Positions 46,603-56,634 of a DNA stretch of 64,000 nucleotides are shown piece after piece (the first letter of the stretch is position 1; every line of letters begins with the position of its first letter). The stretch spans positions 12,281-76,280 of the forward strand of contig JANQGZ010000059.1 in the NCBI GenBank assembly GCA_028282825.1, in the 5' to 3' direction. The translations under genes and the position numbers were made by a program. The DNA comes from SAR324 cluster bacterium (GTDB taxonomy: Bacteria > SAR324 > XYD2-FULL-50-16). The notes below the pieces were generated by a model, which saw only the letters and a list, made by a program, of their open reading frames with translations, did not search any database and had not been told where the DNA came from.

Positions 46603-49600
46603 TTAAATATTTCTAAGGGGAGATAATCGACTGCCGTTGCGAGTCGCAATGATATCCAGTCGAAGTGGTAATTGTTCCTTGAGTTCAGCTACATGGGAGA
46701 TCACACCGATCATCCTTCCTGTTGACTGCAGGTCAACCAGTGTGCGAATTGCCAGATCGAGAGATTCCTGGTCCAGGCTGCCAAATCCTTCATCAATAAA
46801 CAGCGTATCTAACCTGATTCCACCAGCATAGCTTTGCACAACATCGGAAAGTCCAAGTGCCATTGAAAGGGCTGCCATAAAGCTTTCACCTCCGGAGAGT
46901 GTGGCAACGGGTCGAACTTTGCCCGAATAAGCGTCTTCAACCGCCAGATCCAGACCGGAAACCTTGCGCCGATCGATGCCTTCGTCTACGCGCAATAGTT
47001 GATACCGTCCCTTGCTCATGGCTTTCAAACGGTGACTTGCTTCGATCAGCACATCGTCCAGCAATACACTGAGAACAAATCGTTGAAGGCTGATCTTTTT
47101 ACCTGTCTGACCATTCGCAACATCACTTAACGTCCCAATTAAAGCATATTTGGATTCAAGAACCTTTTTGTCGAGCGCTGCTTTTTCCAGCCTTTCATTA
47201 GAGGCATTCAGTTGTGCATGGCGTTTGTCCAGGTCCTGCCAGATTTTTTCAACCTCGGCTTTCTCTGCTGCCAGCTTTTCCAGATTCTCTTCCAGTTGTT
47301 TCAAATCGGGTTTTTGTTTTCCCTCCAGTTCCTTTTTTTGATGGGCCAAAGCACCATTGGTGGAGGTGACCTGGGATTGATAGTTCTCCAACTCTTGTTT
47401 TATGTTTTTCATGACGGCTTCATCCAACAGGACCTTTTCAAACGCCTCTTCATCAGGAAAATTGCTTTTTTCCAAAGTCCGGCACCAGTTGGCTTCTGCC
47501 TGCTTTAACGCTTCGGAAGCTTTTTTATAAATATCATTCGCCGAGTCCAGAGAAGCAATGGCTGATTGTAACTCACCATGTTTTTCCTGATGGTTTTTTC
47601 GGATTCTATCAATTGCTTGCTCTTGTTTCTTGATCTCCTTTTTTTTTGTTGATAATGATTTCCGCAAAGCATCGGACTGTCTGAATTCCTCCGGTAACTC
47701 CTTCATTGCTGCATCCACCCGGGCTTTGATCCCGGCTATTTCCTCTTTTTTATCGGAATGCTCCTTTTTAATATCTTCCGTTTCTTTGCTGAGTTTCTGC
47801 TCCTCCTTTTTTTGATCAACCAGTTTGGATTCGAGCTCAGCTGCCTGCTTTTGCTGTTGTGTTAATGAGTGAACGGTCTCACTGAGCTCTTTTTGCTGTT
47901 TTTTAAGATCTTTAAGATCCATTTTGGCATAAGGTCCCAGTTTTTCTTCTGATGCCAGAACATCGCCTTGCAGGCTTTTTTCCTCCCCCAGCACCTGTTT
48001 GTAATCTTCTCGTGCTTTGATCAGTCTTTCAGTAACAGCTTGCTTGCTTTTCCTGGCCGATTCCAGCTCTTGTTGGGATGGTACATTATCTTCATTCTCA
48101 GCAGGTTTTGGATGATCTATGCTTCCGCAAACAGGGCAGGGTTGGTCCACTTCCAATTGGCCGGCCAGAATCGCTGCCTGTCCGTGATGCCATTTCAATT
48201 CCAACGTTTTGAGTTCATTTTCTTTCTTTTTATCCGTCTCAGCCAGTTGCTTGCCGTGCCGTTCTGCATTTAACAGATTTGCACGCAGATCTGTTAAGTT
48301 TGATCGTTTTGTTTCCAGCTCAAGCCTGGCAGTTACCTTACCTTCCAGCTCCTGCAAGGCAAGCTGCTGTTGGGAAAAAGAAGATAAGGATTGTTGCATC
48401 TGCCGTAACACCGATTCAGTTTGCTCCCTGAGCTTTGTTGTCTTATCCAATGCTTGCGCTGCCGATGCAACTTTGCTGACCAGATCATTTTCAGTCTGTA
48501 AAGCTTTTTCCAGACTCTTCTGAACGTTGGATAGGTTCGCCGCGCGATCTTCATAACCGGATAACTTGTTTAATTCCTGTTTGAGTATATCCAGCCCACC
48601 CTGCAGGGTATCCAGGTTTTTTAATTCTTGCTCGGCCTTAACCAGCTCAGTGCGTGCCTTTCCTTCAATTGACTTTGAGATTTCCCGGTTTTTAGCCGCT
48701 GATGAGTTTTCCGCTTGGCAGCGAGACAGTTCCTGCCGAACAGGCTTGATAATATTAGCTTTCTCAGATTGCTGCAAGTCATTGGATTTTTTTTCGATCC
48801 CTGGTTTTTGTTTTGTTAACTCTTCCAGTTTTTTGTTCGTTTCATCCAGTTGATCGAATTGCTCCACCAGGTTTTTTGCCGATTGCAAGTTTTTGCTGGC
48901 ATCCAGGAAAGCTTGATCCTTGGTTTTTTTGTTTTTTACTGCCTGCTGATATTTCGGAACTATTACCTTTAACTCCTTTTCCAGATCTGCTTTACTTTCC
49001 AACCCGACGGCTTCCAAATGGACTCGTATGGTTTTATTAAACTCTTCAACCTCAGCTTTGATTCCTGCCGAACGCTCCTTGAGGATTTCTTCCAGCCGCT
49101 TGTAAATCCGGGTCTGAAACAAGTTGCTGAATATCTGCTCCCGCTCTCCTGAATTGGCCATAAGCAATTGTCTGAATTTACCCTGGGGCAACACCATAAC
49201 CTGCCTGAACTGATCTGCATTCAGACCGGTCAGTTTTTCGATTTCTGCCGTGGCTTCTTTGACCTTGCTGGCAACAATCAGCTTCTGCTCACCGGATACC
49301 AGAATCTCAATCAATTCAGCCCTGGCCTTTTCCTCGGTGAAGCCTTCACCCCGGCTTTTAGGTCGTTGTTGTTCCGGAACTCTTTTAATTTTAAACGTTT
49401 TACCACCAAGCTCAAATTCGAGGACGACTTCCGTCAACACATCCGGCTCAGACAGATCACACCTCATCTGGTTGCCTTCACGTTCGTCTCCGGTACTCTT
49501 ACCGTATAGGGCAAAGCAGATTGCATCCAGGATTGTTGTTTTACCCGAGCCTGTCGGACCGTTGATCAGGAAGAGGGGATTTTCACCTAATTCCTTGAAT

Positions 49601-49662
49601 CGGATCTCCTCGGTTGAAGGATAAGGTCCAAACGCCGTCATTTTTATTTTAACAGGACGCAT
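46603..49662 (-). CDS. sbcC: SbcC-type SMC-like ATPase (exonuclease subunit)
   Basis: Walker A NGPTGSGKTT, a long coiled coil with the zinc hook CPVCGS, signature LSGGESFMAALSMAL and Walker B LFIDEGFGSLD. Confidence 0.9.
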   Translation of the reverse strand: MRPVKIKMTAFGPYPSTEEIRFKELGENPLFLINGPTGSGKTTILDAICFALYGKSTGDEREGNQMRCDLSEPDVLTEVVLEFELGGKTFKIKRVPEQQRPKSRGEGFTEEKARAELIEILVSGEQKLIVASKVKEATAEIEKLTGLNADQFRQVMVLPQGKFRQLLMANSGEREQIFSNLFQTRIYKRLEEILKERSAGIKAEVEEFNKTIRVHLEAVGLESKADLEKELKVIVPKYQQAVKNKKTKDQAFLDASKNLQSAKNLVEQFDQLDETNKKLEELTKQKPGIEKKSNDLQQSEKANIIKPVRQELSRCQAENSSAAKNREISKSIEGKARTELVKAEQELKNLDTLQGGLDILKQELNKLSGYEDRAANLSNVQKSLEKALQTENDLVSKVASAAQALDKTTKLREQTESVLRQMQQSLSSFSQQQLALQELEGKVTARLELETKRSNLTDLRANLLNAERHGKQLAETDKKKENELKTLELKWHHGQAAILAGQLEVDQPCPVCGSIDHPKPAENEDNVPSQQELESARKSKQAVTERLIKAREDYKQVLGEEKSLQGDVLASEEKLGPYAKMDLKDLKKQQKELSETVHSLTQQQKQAAELESKLVDQKKEEQKLSKETEDIKKEHSDKKEEIAGIKARVDAAMKELPEEFRQSDALRKSLSTKKKEIKKQEQAIDRIRKNHQEKHGELQSAIASLDSANDIYKKASEALKQAEANWCRTLEKSNFPDEEAFEKVLLDEAVMKNIKQELENYQSQVTSTNGALAHQKKELEGKQKPDLKQLEENLEKLAAEKAEVEKIWQDLDKRHAQLNASNERLEKAALDKKVLESKYALIGTLSDVANGQTGKKISLQRFVLSVLLDDVLIEASHRLKAMSKGRYQLLRVDEGIDRRKVSGLDLAVEDAYSGKVRPVATLSGGESFMAALSMALGLSDVVQSYAGGIRLDTLFIDEGFGSLDQESLDLAIRTLVDLQSTGRMIGVISHVAELKEQLPLRLDIIATRNGSRLSPLRNI

Positions 49663-49664
49663 GA

Positions 49665-50807
49665 TTAGGGCTCCTCCTTTTGATGAATCTCTTCCAGCGC
49701 TTTTTCAATTACCGATAATTGATCACTGTTCAAATCCTCGCCGCTGACCTGCTGAAAGAAATCCTTGAACATACTTAACTCACCTTTTTGCAAAAGCTCG
49801 CGCCGGGTTTTGTATGCCTCACCTCTTCCCATCAAACCGGGCCTTTCCAAGTGTAAGACATTTGGATACACTTCCCGTAACTTTTGCATGATATCCAGGA
49901 TTGCATGAGTATCCGTCAATCGGACCAGAAGATAGTCCTCCTTGCCGGTATCAGATGTTCCCTGGTGCAATATTTCTTCCAATGTGCCTTCCAGGATCCT
50001 GAGATCTTTTTTGGGCCTAAGCGGAATTTGCTCAATAGTACATGTGCCCTCATTATCGATCTCTACAATAGTCACGGCCTTTTTCTGGTTCTCCTCGGAG
50101 AAGGAATATTTCAGAATAGAACCTGAATAGCGAATAGATTCCTCATCTTTTTTTTGTGGACCATGTAAATGACCCAGGGCAGCGTAGTTGAAAATCCTGA
50201 AATGGTCGGCAGCAACCTTGTCCAATCCTCCCAGTGATAAAGGACGTTCCGATTCCGAAGGATCCCCGCCGTCCAAAAACAGGTGTCCCAGTGCTACATT
50301 GCGATCATGGGCTGAGATTTGGTCCTTGAGCCCGTCAATTAAAAACGCAATTGCCTCATCGTGAGTTGTGGTTTCTGACTGGTATGCATGTCGGACAACT
50401 GCCGGATCAACATAGGGAATAGCATGAAAAGCAACAGGACCATGTTGATCTTCCAGTACTATGGGCTTTGAGGCCAGGGGAAGAGAGCTGATAATATGCA
50501 ATCCGGAATCAGACATCTGGCGGGAACCAAACGCAAGCCTTTCCGCTCCATCGTGATTACCGGAAATGACGATTAGGGGTGTGTTTAAGTTCCTACAGAT
50601 CCTGTTAAATACATCATCTAAAAGTGCCACCGCACTGGCCGGGGGCACCGATCTGTCATACACATCCCCAGCCAACAGCATCACATCGATCTTTTGATCA
50701 GCAGCAATAGACACAATTTGATCCAAGATAAATGCCTGATCTTCCAACAAGGATACGTTGTGAAATTGCCGGCCTATATGCCAGTCGGAGGTGTGAAGCA
50801 AGCGCAT
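49665..50807 (-). CDS. sbcD: SbcD/Mre11-type nuclease
   Basis: Phosphoesterase motifs are present: MRLLHTSDWHIG, LLAGDVYD, SGNHD and GHLH. It lies directly upstream of sbcC. Confidence 0.9.
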   Translation of the reverse strand: MRLLHTSDWHIGRQFHNVSLLEDQAFILDQIVSIAADQKIDVMLLAGDVYDRSVPPASAVALLDDVFNRICRNLNTPLIVISGNHDGAERLAFGSRQMSDSGLHIISSLPLASKPIVLEDQHGPVAFHAIPYVDPAVVRHAYQSETTTHDEAIAFLIDGLKDQISAHDRNVALGHLFLDGGDPSESERPLSLGGLDKVAADHFRIFNYAALGHLHGPQKKDEESIRYSGSILKYSFSEENQKKAVTIVEIDNEGTCTIEQIPLRPKKDLRILEGTLEEILHQGTSDTGKEDYLLVRLTDTHAILDIMQKLREVYPNVLHLERPGLMGRGEAYKTRRELLQKGELSMFKDFFQQVSGEDLNSDQLSVIEKALEEIHQKEEP

Positions 50808-50988
50808 GATAAAATGAAACCAGGTGTTCTGTTCGGATATTTCTGAATTTAGAAGTGTTTCGATTCAGATGGCAATATAAATCATCCGGACAAGGATCGC
50901 AAGCAGGGTCGGATTATCGGGAGGGTAAGGTTTCGCCCAGGGCCTATCCGGAAAGAGGTTGAAGACAGGTGTTTAAAAATGATCACTT

Positions 50989-53145
50989 TCAATACTTTAA
51001 ACGTGCATAATAGGTTTTCCTGGAAGCTTCAATGGCTTGTTTTAAGGTAAAAATGTTTTTTGTTTCCAACAAGGGAATCATTTTTAAAAACAATTCCCCA
51101 GTGGTTAAGGCATCACCCAAGGCTGTGTGCCTGCCGATCACACGTATTCCCAGACGCTTGGCAATGGCTTCCAGATGATGTTTCTTTTGGGCCGGATTGA
51201 TAACAGCGGAAAGCAGCAAGGTATCCAATACCGGATTGGTAAATGAAATGCCCGTTGATCTTTCCTTCATTTGCAACATTTTCATGTCAAATGCCGCATT
51301 ATGCCCGATCAAGACAGTATCTCTGGCAAAGTTATAAAAATTGGGCAGGATGACTTTGATATCGGGCTGACCTTTCAGCATATCCGCTTTGATGCCATGG
51401 TATTTGATGGACTCTTTGGGAATGGATCTATGTGGATCAATCAACCTGTCAAACGATTCTTCCCTCAGCAGGCGGCCGTTTACAATCCTGAGGGCTCCTA
51501 TGGAAATAATCTCGTCTTCTTTGGGATTTAGACCGGTGGTTTCAGTATCAAATACAGTATAGGTGAGTTCGCTCAGCAGGCGGTCTTCCTCAAAATCGAG
51601 GATCTCAACCTGGTTAAAGATATCAAAATCATAAAACTCGGTTCGACTCTTAACAGAAATAGCCGTGTGGGGTCGATCGTTCGTAACAGGTTTTGATGTG
51701 ACTTTGGGAAACATCATACGAAGACATGGATACCCATCCGAGGTAACTTGAGGCCAAATTTCCGTATTATGTTGTCTCATGGTTTCTTTCAAAGTCAGGG
51801 GTATTGATGCTTCGCCAATTTCCATTCTCTGAAATACCCATTGATTCAAATCCTGTGGTGAAATAGAGGCCCCCTGCCAGGCAAGATCAAACATCACCGA
51901 TTTCCCGGACTGTTTAAATCTGCACTGAATCCATTCCGGTTCATTTTTTAAGACAAGTTTATGAAGTTGGAAAAGAACGGCATGCACAATAGAAAAGCTG
52001 TCGACATGAATCCATAGATTCTCATCGCCGGATTGGACCTCAATGGAGAGATCCAAATCTGACTGTGCCTTCTTTCTGATGATTTCCAACAGCTCATCAC
52101 ACTGAAAATCTTCCATGGGCCATTCCGATTTAGAGCCCAGGATGCTTTCAACTTCAGGGCAATCGATAACGCTCGACAGATTGTGGGTTTCATCCAATAT
52201 AATTCGCCTGAGTTTGGTCAATTCATCCGCTCCCATGTCGGGAAAGTCGATGATCGTTTCCATGGCTGCCCTGATGCCACTCATGGCAGAACGAATTGAG
52301 GTAATCAGTGAATCCAGGTATACCTCACGTTGATCCTCAACAACCATTCTCTGGGTGATATCTTTGACGATCAGCACAAAACCGAAGATTTCAAAGTCAT
52401 GGGCAATAATCGGGATTGCGTGAATATCGAGCATTCCACCACCATTTGTCGTATGGGCAAAATGATATCCCGATTGATCCTTCTCTTTTTCCAATCGGCT
52501 GGTCAGCTCATCAAAAACATGAACCACCTGTTTTTTATTCAAAATACCCAGAATTGATCGACCCAATCCGAGCGAGTCGGAAGGTATCCGGTTCCCCTGT
52601 TGATCGTCCGATTGATCGGCTAGTAATGACCTTGCCTTCTGGTTGTACAAGAGAATCTGCCAGTTTATGTTGCAGATTATGATTCCTTCAGGAAACCCGG
52701 AAATGACTGCTGCCAGACGGTTTTTCTCCTCTTCGGATTCGCGTTTGGCCTGTTGTATTGTTTTCTCTATCTCCTGTTCCGACAATTCAATACGATCTGC
52801 CATTTTATTGGTCATATCGACCAGGGATTCAAGTTCAGTGCTGCCTTCCAGGGAGATGCGATGAGACGAATTAACCGAAGTGACTATGGACAACTCCTCC
52901 ACAGTTCTTTTCAACGGCAGGACATAGGTGTTTAGAAATTGATCAAACGCCAGACCAAAGGCAAAAACAATTAAAACAAAGGCAATAAAAATGGGTCCGA
53001 TGTTGTCCTTGAAGATTTTTCCCAGCACCGTCTGCTCTTCCGGAGACAGGTTGAGCCAGAATTGGTAATAGATAACAGCCGCAATGATGCTGAGGATAAC
53101 AAAGGATATCAGTGCAAATAGCTGGTATTTGTTCTTGAGCAGCAT
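50989..53145 (-). CDS. Membrane HAMP-PAS sensor with a degenerate histidine-kinase-like core fused to a C-terminal DEDDh 3'-5' exonuclease (DnaQ/epsilon-like)
   Basis: - Two N-terminal TM helices.
- A HAMP-like segment: PLKRTVEEL...EGSTELESLVDMTNKMADRI.
- PAS: RLAAVISGFPEGIIICN...VKDITQR.
- A DHp-like helix, LDSLITSIRSAMSGIRAAMETI, with Thr/Ser where the phospho-His is expected.
- A CA-like block lacking the N and G boxes.
- Exo motifs VFDTETTG, GHNAAFDMKML and HTALGDAL. Confidence 0.8.
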   Translation of the reverse strand: MLLKNKYQLFALISFVILSIIAAVIYYQFWLNLSPEEQTVLGKIFKDNIGPIFIAFVLIVFAFGLAFDQFLNTYVLPLKRTVEELSIVTSVNSSHRISLEGSTELESLVDMTNKMADRIELSEQEIEKTIQQAKRESEEEKNRLAAVISGFPEGIIICNINWQILLYNQKARSLLADQSDDQQGNRIPSDSLGLGRSILGILNKKQVVHVFDELTSRLEKEKDQSGYHFAHTTNGGGMLDIHAIPIIAHDFEIFGFVLIVKDITQRMVVEDQREVYLDSLITSIRSAMSGIRAAMETIIDFPDMGADELTKLRRIILDETHNLSSVIDCPEVESILGSKSEWPMEDFQCDELLEIIRKKAQSDLDLSIEVQSGDENLWIHVDSFSIVHAVLFQLHKLVLKNEPEWIQCRFKQSGKSVMFDLAWQGASISPQDLNQWVFQRMEIGEASIPLTLKETMRQHNTEIWPQVTSDGYPCLRMMFPKVTSKPVTNDRPHTAISVKSRTEFYDFDIFNQVEILDFEEDRLLSELTYTVFDTETTGLNPKEDEIISIGALRIVNGRLLREESFDRLIDPHRSIPKESIKYHGIKADMLKGQPDIKVILPNFYNFARDTVLIGHNAAFDMKMLQMKERSTGISFTNPVLDTLLLSAVINPAQKKHHLEAIAKRLGIRVIGRHTALGDALTTGELFLKMIPLLETKNIFTLKQAIEASRKTYYARLKY

Positions 53146-53155
53146 ATCTACTGAC

Positions 53156-53521
53156 TTAATTGATCATTTCGTTGATTTTTTTGACTAGTTCTTTAGTGGA
53201 AAACGGTTTGATGATGTAGGCATCAGCCCCCATTGCCATGCCTTTCTCAATGTCCGAATCGCGGCTTTTTGCCGTGAGCAGAATAATTTTCATATCCTGC
53301 ATATCATATGCTGTGCGAAGAGTATGGCAGATCTCAAACCCGGTGATATCAGGTAGCATGATATCGAGCAAAACCAGATCCGGTCTGCTTTTGACCACAG
53401 ATTCAAGAACCTCCTTACCATTACGAGCGATCATTACTTCATAACCGCTCTGCTTCATCAGAAACTCCAGGGGCACCACTATGTTGGGTTCATCATCAAC
53501 TATCAGTATCTTTTTCGGCAT
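53156..53521 (-). CDS. Single-domain (receiver-only, CheY-like) response regulator
   Basis: MPKKILIVDDEPN...DLVLLDIMLPD...ILLTAKS...GADAYIIKPF. There is no output domain. I chose the start at 53521, preceded by AAGAGG. The stop lies 10 nt before the exonuclease-fusion start. Confidence 0.9.
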   Translation of the reverse strand: MPKKILIVDDEPNIVVPLEFLMKQSGYEVMIARNGKEVLESVVKSRPDLVLLDIMLPDITGFEICHTLRTAYDMQDMKIILLTAKSRDSDIEKGMAMGADAYIIKPFSTKELVKKINEMIN

Positions 53522-53595
53522 TTGAACCTCTTGGTAATGATTTACTTTCCTTTGCGCAAAGTGCACCTGGTTCAAATGAACCAGCCGGAATGGAT

Positions 53596-56352
53596 TTACA
53601 TGATGACATACTCAAATCGTTCAATCTCGACTCCCTTTTGATGTTTTGGAAGGGTGAAAGTAAATGTTGACCCTTTTTTAGGTTTACTCTCCACCCAGAT
53701 TTTGCCCCGGTGAGATTCAACTATCAGTTTACATATCGGAAGGCCCAGGCCACTTCCCGAATTGTTAGAATCAATCTGGCCTTTTAATTGGGTAAACCTC
53801 TCAAATACCAAACCCTTGTCTTTCGATTTAATCCCGATCCCATTGTCCTTGACCTCTACTTTCAAGTAATCTTTTTCTTCCGTCAAGGAGATTTGAATAC
53901 GCCCATTCTCGTTGTCACAAAATTTTACCGCGTTTGAAACCAGGTTGATTATCACCTGGATTATCCGGTCCCGATCCAACATCACCAGGGGAACTTCCTC
54001 CGGAGAGTGAACATCCAGGGCGATCTCTTTTCCTTCAATCAGCTGTCTGGTGGCATCTATGGCATCACCTATGATTTTTTTAATATTGGATAACTGCAAG
54101 TGCAGCACGGTTTTCTGGGAATCAAATTTCTGAATATCCAGCACCTGGTTGATCAGACGAGACAATCTCCGGGTTTCCTTGATAATAATGGCCGTAAACT
54201 CCGACTGTCTTTCTTCCTCAAGACCAGGGGTTTGATTCAAAATCTCAGCAAGAGCACGAATCGAAGTTAGTGGTGTGCGTAACTCATGGGTCACCGTAGA
54301 AATAAAATCATTCTTCAGCTTATCCAACTCCTTTAATTTCTCATTGGCTGATTTTAGTTCGGTAGTGGCTTTCTCCAGTTCAGACGACTTGGTTTCCAGT
54401 TCTTTACTATAGGCTATTGCCTGCTGGGTTTCGTCGAGCATTTTGATAATTTCATTGCTACTGAGTGGCTCCTTTTTAGCGATGGAATCCATCATCACCC
54501 TTGCGGTAGCCGATCCGATAGCGCCTGCCAGAAGTTTCTCAGCATAATTGACCAGATCGGTTTCTGCCTCAAGCAAATCTTCCCAATCGATGTTTCGGTT
54601 ATTTGCATAGGTTGTCAAAGCCCTGTCTGTCGCTTCTTCACCGATAAACCTGGCCAGCAGCGAACGCAGATCAAGGACACTGGCACCGGCAGTCTTCACA
54701 AAATGGGCATCGCGGGAATGATCGAATGCATCAACAAACAGGGTTGCCTGGCTGTATTCAAGAGGTGATGGTTTGCTGAACAAGGATATTCCCACATAAA
54801 AAGCAAAGTTGAACAGCAGGCTCCAAAACGCAGCATGGGAGATACTTTTAAATTCGGAAAATCCAAACAGTTGGTGTGGATTCAACCAGGACAGTCCGAA
54901 TGGACCTTCTGTCATGATGCTCAACGGGACCAAACCTGCCTGGGCCAGCGAAGGCAGAACCAGTGTGTAGGCCCAAACCAGAAACCCGACAGTTAAGCCG
55001 CCGAGCGCACCAATTCTGGTACCTCTTTTCCAAAAAATTCCCCCCAACATAGCCGGACCAAATTGAGCCACAGCAGTAAAAGAGGTCATTCCGATCGAAA
55101 CCAGGGGAGCATTTTTGGAAATGAAATGCACGTAGGTATATCCCAGCATCAGGACAAAAACGATGCTGGCCCTGCGAATCATCAAGATATGACGACTCAG
55201 ATCCTTTCTGACCGAAAGATCCCAAAAAGGAGAACGGAACAGAATAGGCATCACCAGTTCGTTGCAAATCATCGTTGAAAGGGCAATAGAAGAGACAATC
55301 ACCATGCTGGTGGCAGCTGACAAGCCCCCGATAAAGACAATCATGGCAATCAGCTTATGTCCCTCCGACAAAGGAAGTATCAATCCGAAATACTCCGACT
55401 CCATCTCTCTTCCCGGGAGACTCAGCAATCCCCCAAAGGCAATTGGAAGGACGAATATGTTTATAATCAGCAAATACAAGGGAAAGAGCCAGGTTGCCTT
55501 GTTCACATGCTCTTCATTAACATTTTCTACCGTCGACACTTGAAATTGCCTGGGTAAAAACATTATTGCCATCATTGAAATCACGGTCAGCCAGAGCCAT
55601 TCTGCAAATGCCCCTTGCGCTTCCGGCATAACAAATAAATGACCGTAACTGGATTCAGCCTGGTTGAAAATATCACCAAATCCGTTAAACATACCATATG
55701 TGACGAAGACTCCCAGAATCAGAAATGCCAGCAGCTTGACAATGGACTCGAACGCTATGGCCGCCACCACTCCTTCGTGTCGTTCTGTTGCATCCAGGTG
55801 CCTGGTTCCAAAAAGCAGGGCAAATGCGATTAAAACCAGGGTCACATAAAAGGCCGTGTCCCGTGGTACAAAAACATTGCCGGATAGTGCCGGGAAGTCT
55901 ATGTCGGGGTATTTGCTTACCACCAGGAAGCTTTCCGAAATGGCTTTTAGCTGCAGAGAGATATAAGGAACAATCCCAGCCACGGCTATGGTAGCGACCA
56001 GCCCCCCGAGCAGATTGCTCTTTCCGTAACGGGAGGAGATAAAATCAGCGATGGAGGTCAATCGGTGAGTCTTGCTGATGCGAATCATTTTGCGGAGAAT
56101 GATCCACCAGATACAAGCCATTAAGGTAGGCCCCAAATATATCGGCAGGTATCCGATACCGTCCCGAACGACAAACCCGATGTTGCCGTAGAATGTCCAG
56201 GCGGTGCAATAAACTGCCAGGGATAGTGAATAAACGTAGGGATTGCTGATTATACTTTTACCTGCATCCGCGCGTTTATCCCCGTAATAAGCAATGGCGA
56301 ACAACAGGCTGAGGTAACAAAACGCAGATAATAAAATGATCCAGCTTTCCAA
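53596..56352 (-). CDS. Sodium:solute-symporter-domain sensor histidine kinase (CbrA/CrbS-like architecture)
   Basis: The N-terminal ~500 aa is a polytopic SSS-type domain. Next come a helical linker resembling the STAC region and a coiled coil. The kinase core has H-box VTHELRTPLTSI, N-box NLVSNAVKF, G1 VKDNGIGI and G2 GSGLGLPICK. Confidence 0.9.
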   Translation of the reverse strand: MESWIILLSAFCYLSLLFAIAYYGDKRADAGKSIISNPYVYSLSLAVYCTAWTFYGNIGFVVRDGIGYLPIYLGPTLMACIWWIILRKMIRISKTHRLTSIADFISSRYGKSNLLGGLVATIAVAGIVPYISLQLKAISESFLVVSKYPDIDFPALSGNVFVPRDTAFYVTLVLIAFALLFGTRHLDATERHEGVVAAIAFESIVKLLAFLILGVFVTYGMFNGFGDIFNQAESSYGHLFVMPEAQGAFAEWLWLTVISMMAIMFLPRQFQVSTVENVNEEHVNKATWLFPLYLLIINIFVLPIAFGGLLSLPGREMESEYFGLILPLSEGHKLIAMIVFIGGLSAATSMVIVSSIALSTMICNELVMPILFRSPFWDLSVRKDLSRHILMIRRASIVFVLMLGYTYVHFISKNAPLVSIGMTSFTAVAQFGPAMLGGIFWKRGTRIGALGGLTVGFLVWAYTLVLPSLAQAGLVPLSIMTEGPFGLSWLNPHQLFGFSEFKSISHAAFWSLLFNFAFYVGISLFSKPSPLEYSQATLFVDAFDHSRDAHFVKTAGASVLDLRSLLARFIGEEATDRALTTYANNRNIDWEDLLEAETDLVNYAEKLLAGAIGSATARVMMDSIAKKEPLSSNEIIKMLDETQQAIAYSKELETKSSELEKATTELKSANEKLKELDKLKNDFISTVTHELRTPLTSIRALAEILNQTPGLEEERQSEFTAIIIKETRRLSRLINQVLDIQKFDSQKTVLHLQLSNIKKIIGDAIDATRQLIEGKEIALDVHSPEEVPLVMLDRDRIIQVIINLVSNAVKFCDNENGRIQISLTEEKDYLKVEVKDNGIGIKSKDKGLVFERFTQLKGQIDSNNSGSGLGLPICKLIVESHRGKIWVESKPKKGSTFTFTLPKHQKGVEIERFEYVIM

Positions 56353-56403
56353 ATCGGCTTTACTTATGAAGGTTAGAGGTTTAACTAAAGAGAAACCGGC
56401 ACA

Positions 56404-56634
56404 CTATTCGCTGTGAACATCGCTGTCTTCCTTTCGTTTTTGTCGCAGTTCCATCAACACTATCATCAGGCCGATGAATACAGCCCAGACAAAAAAAAGA
56501 TAGAGGTATAAAATCGGAATGCTGGCAATGGTTTTACTCAAATTCACCAGTGACAGGATCGGGTATTGCAGACCGGCCAGTCCGACAATAAATAAAAAGG
56601 TCAGTCGTTCAGCAAGATACGTGCGTGAAAGCAT
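56404..56634 (-). CDS. Small two-TM membrane protein upstream of the symporter-kinase
   Basis: 76 aa with two hydrophobic helices and a charged tail. It lies 51 nt upstream of the kinase on the same strand. Small membrane ORFs commonly precede SSS-family genes. Confidence 0.5.
   Translation of the reverse strand: MLSRTYLAERLTFLFIVGLAGLQYPILSLVNLSKTIASIPILYLYLFFVWAVFIGLMIVLMELRQKRKEDSDVHSE

Noticed and set aside
46603-49662. Many 60-124-aa ORFs on the + strand inside sbcC, and similar antisense ORFs inside ppc, the kinase genes, acs and the symporter
   Set aside because: They lie antisense to long, motif-rich genes. They are low-complexity (Ser/Phe/Leu-rich mirrors of Lys/Glu-rich coiled coil) and lack ribosome-binding sites. 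I regard them as frame artefacts.
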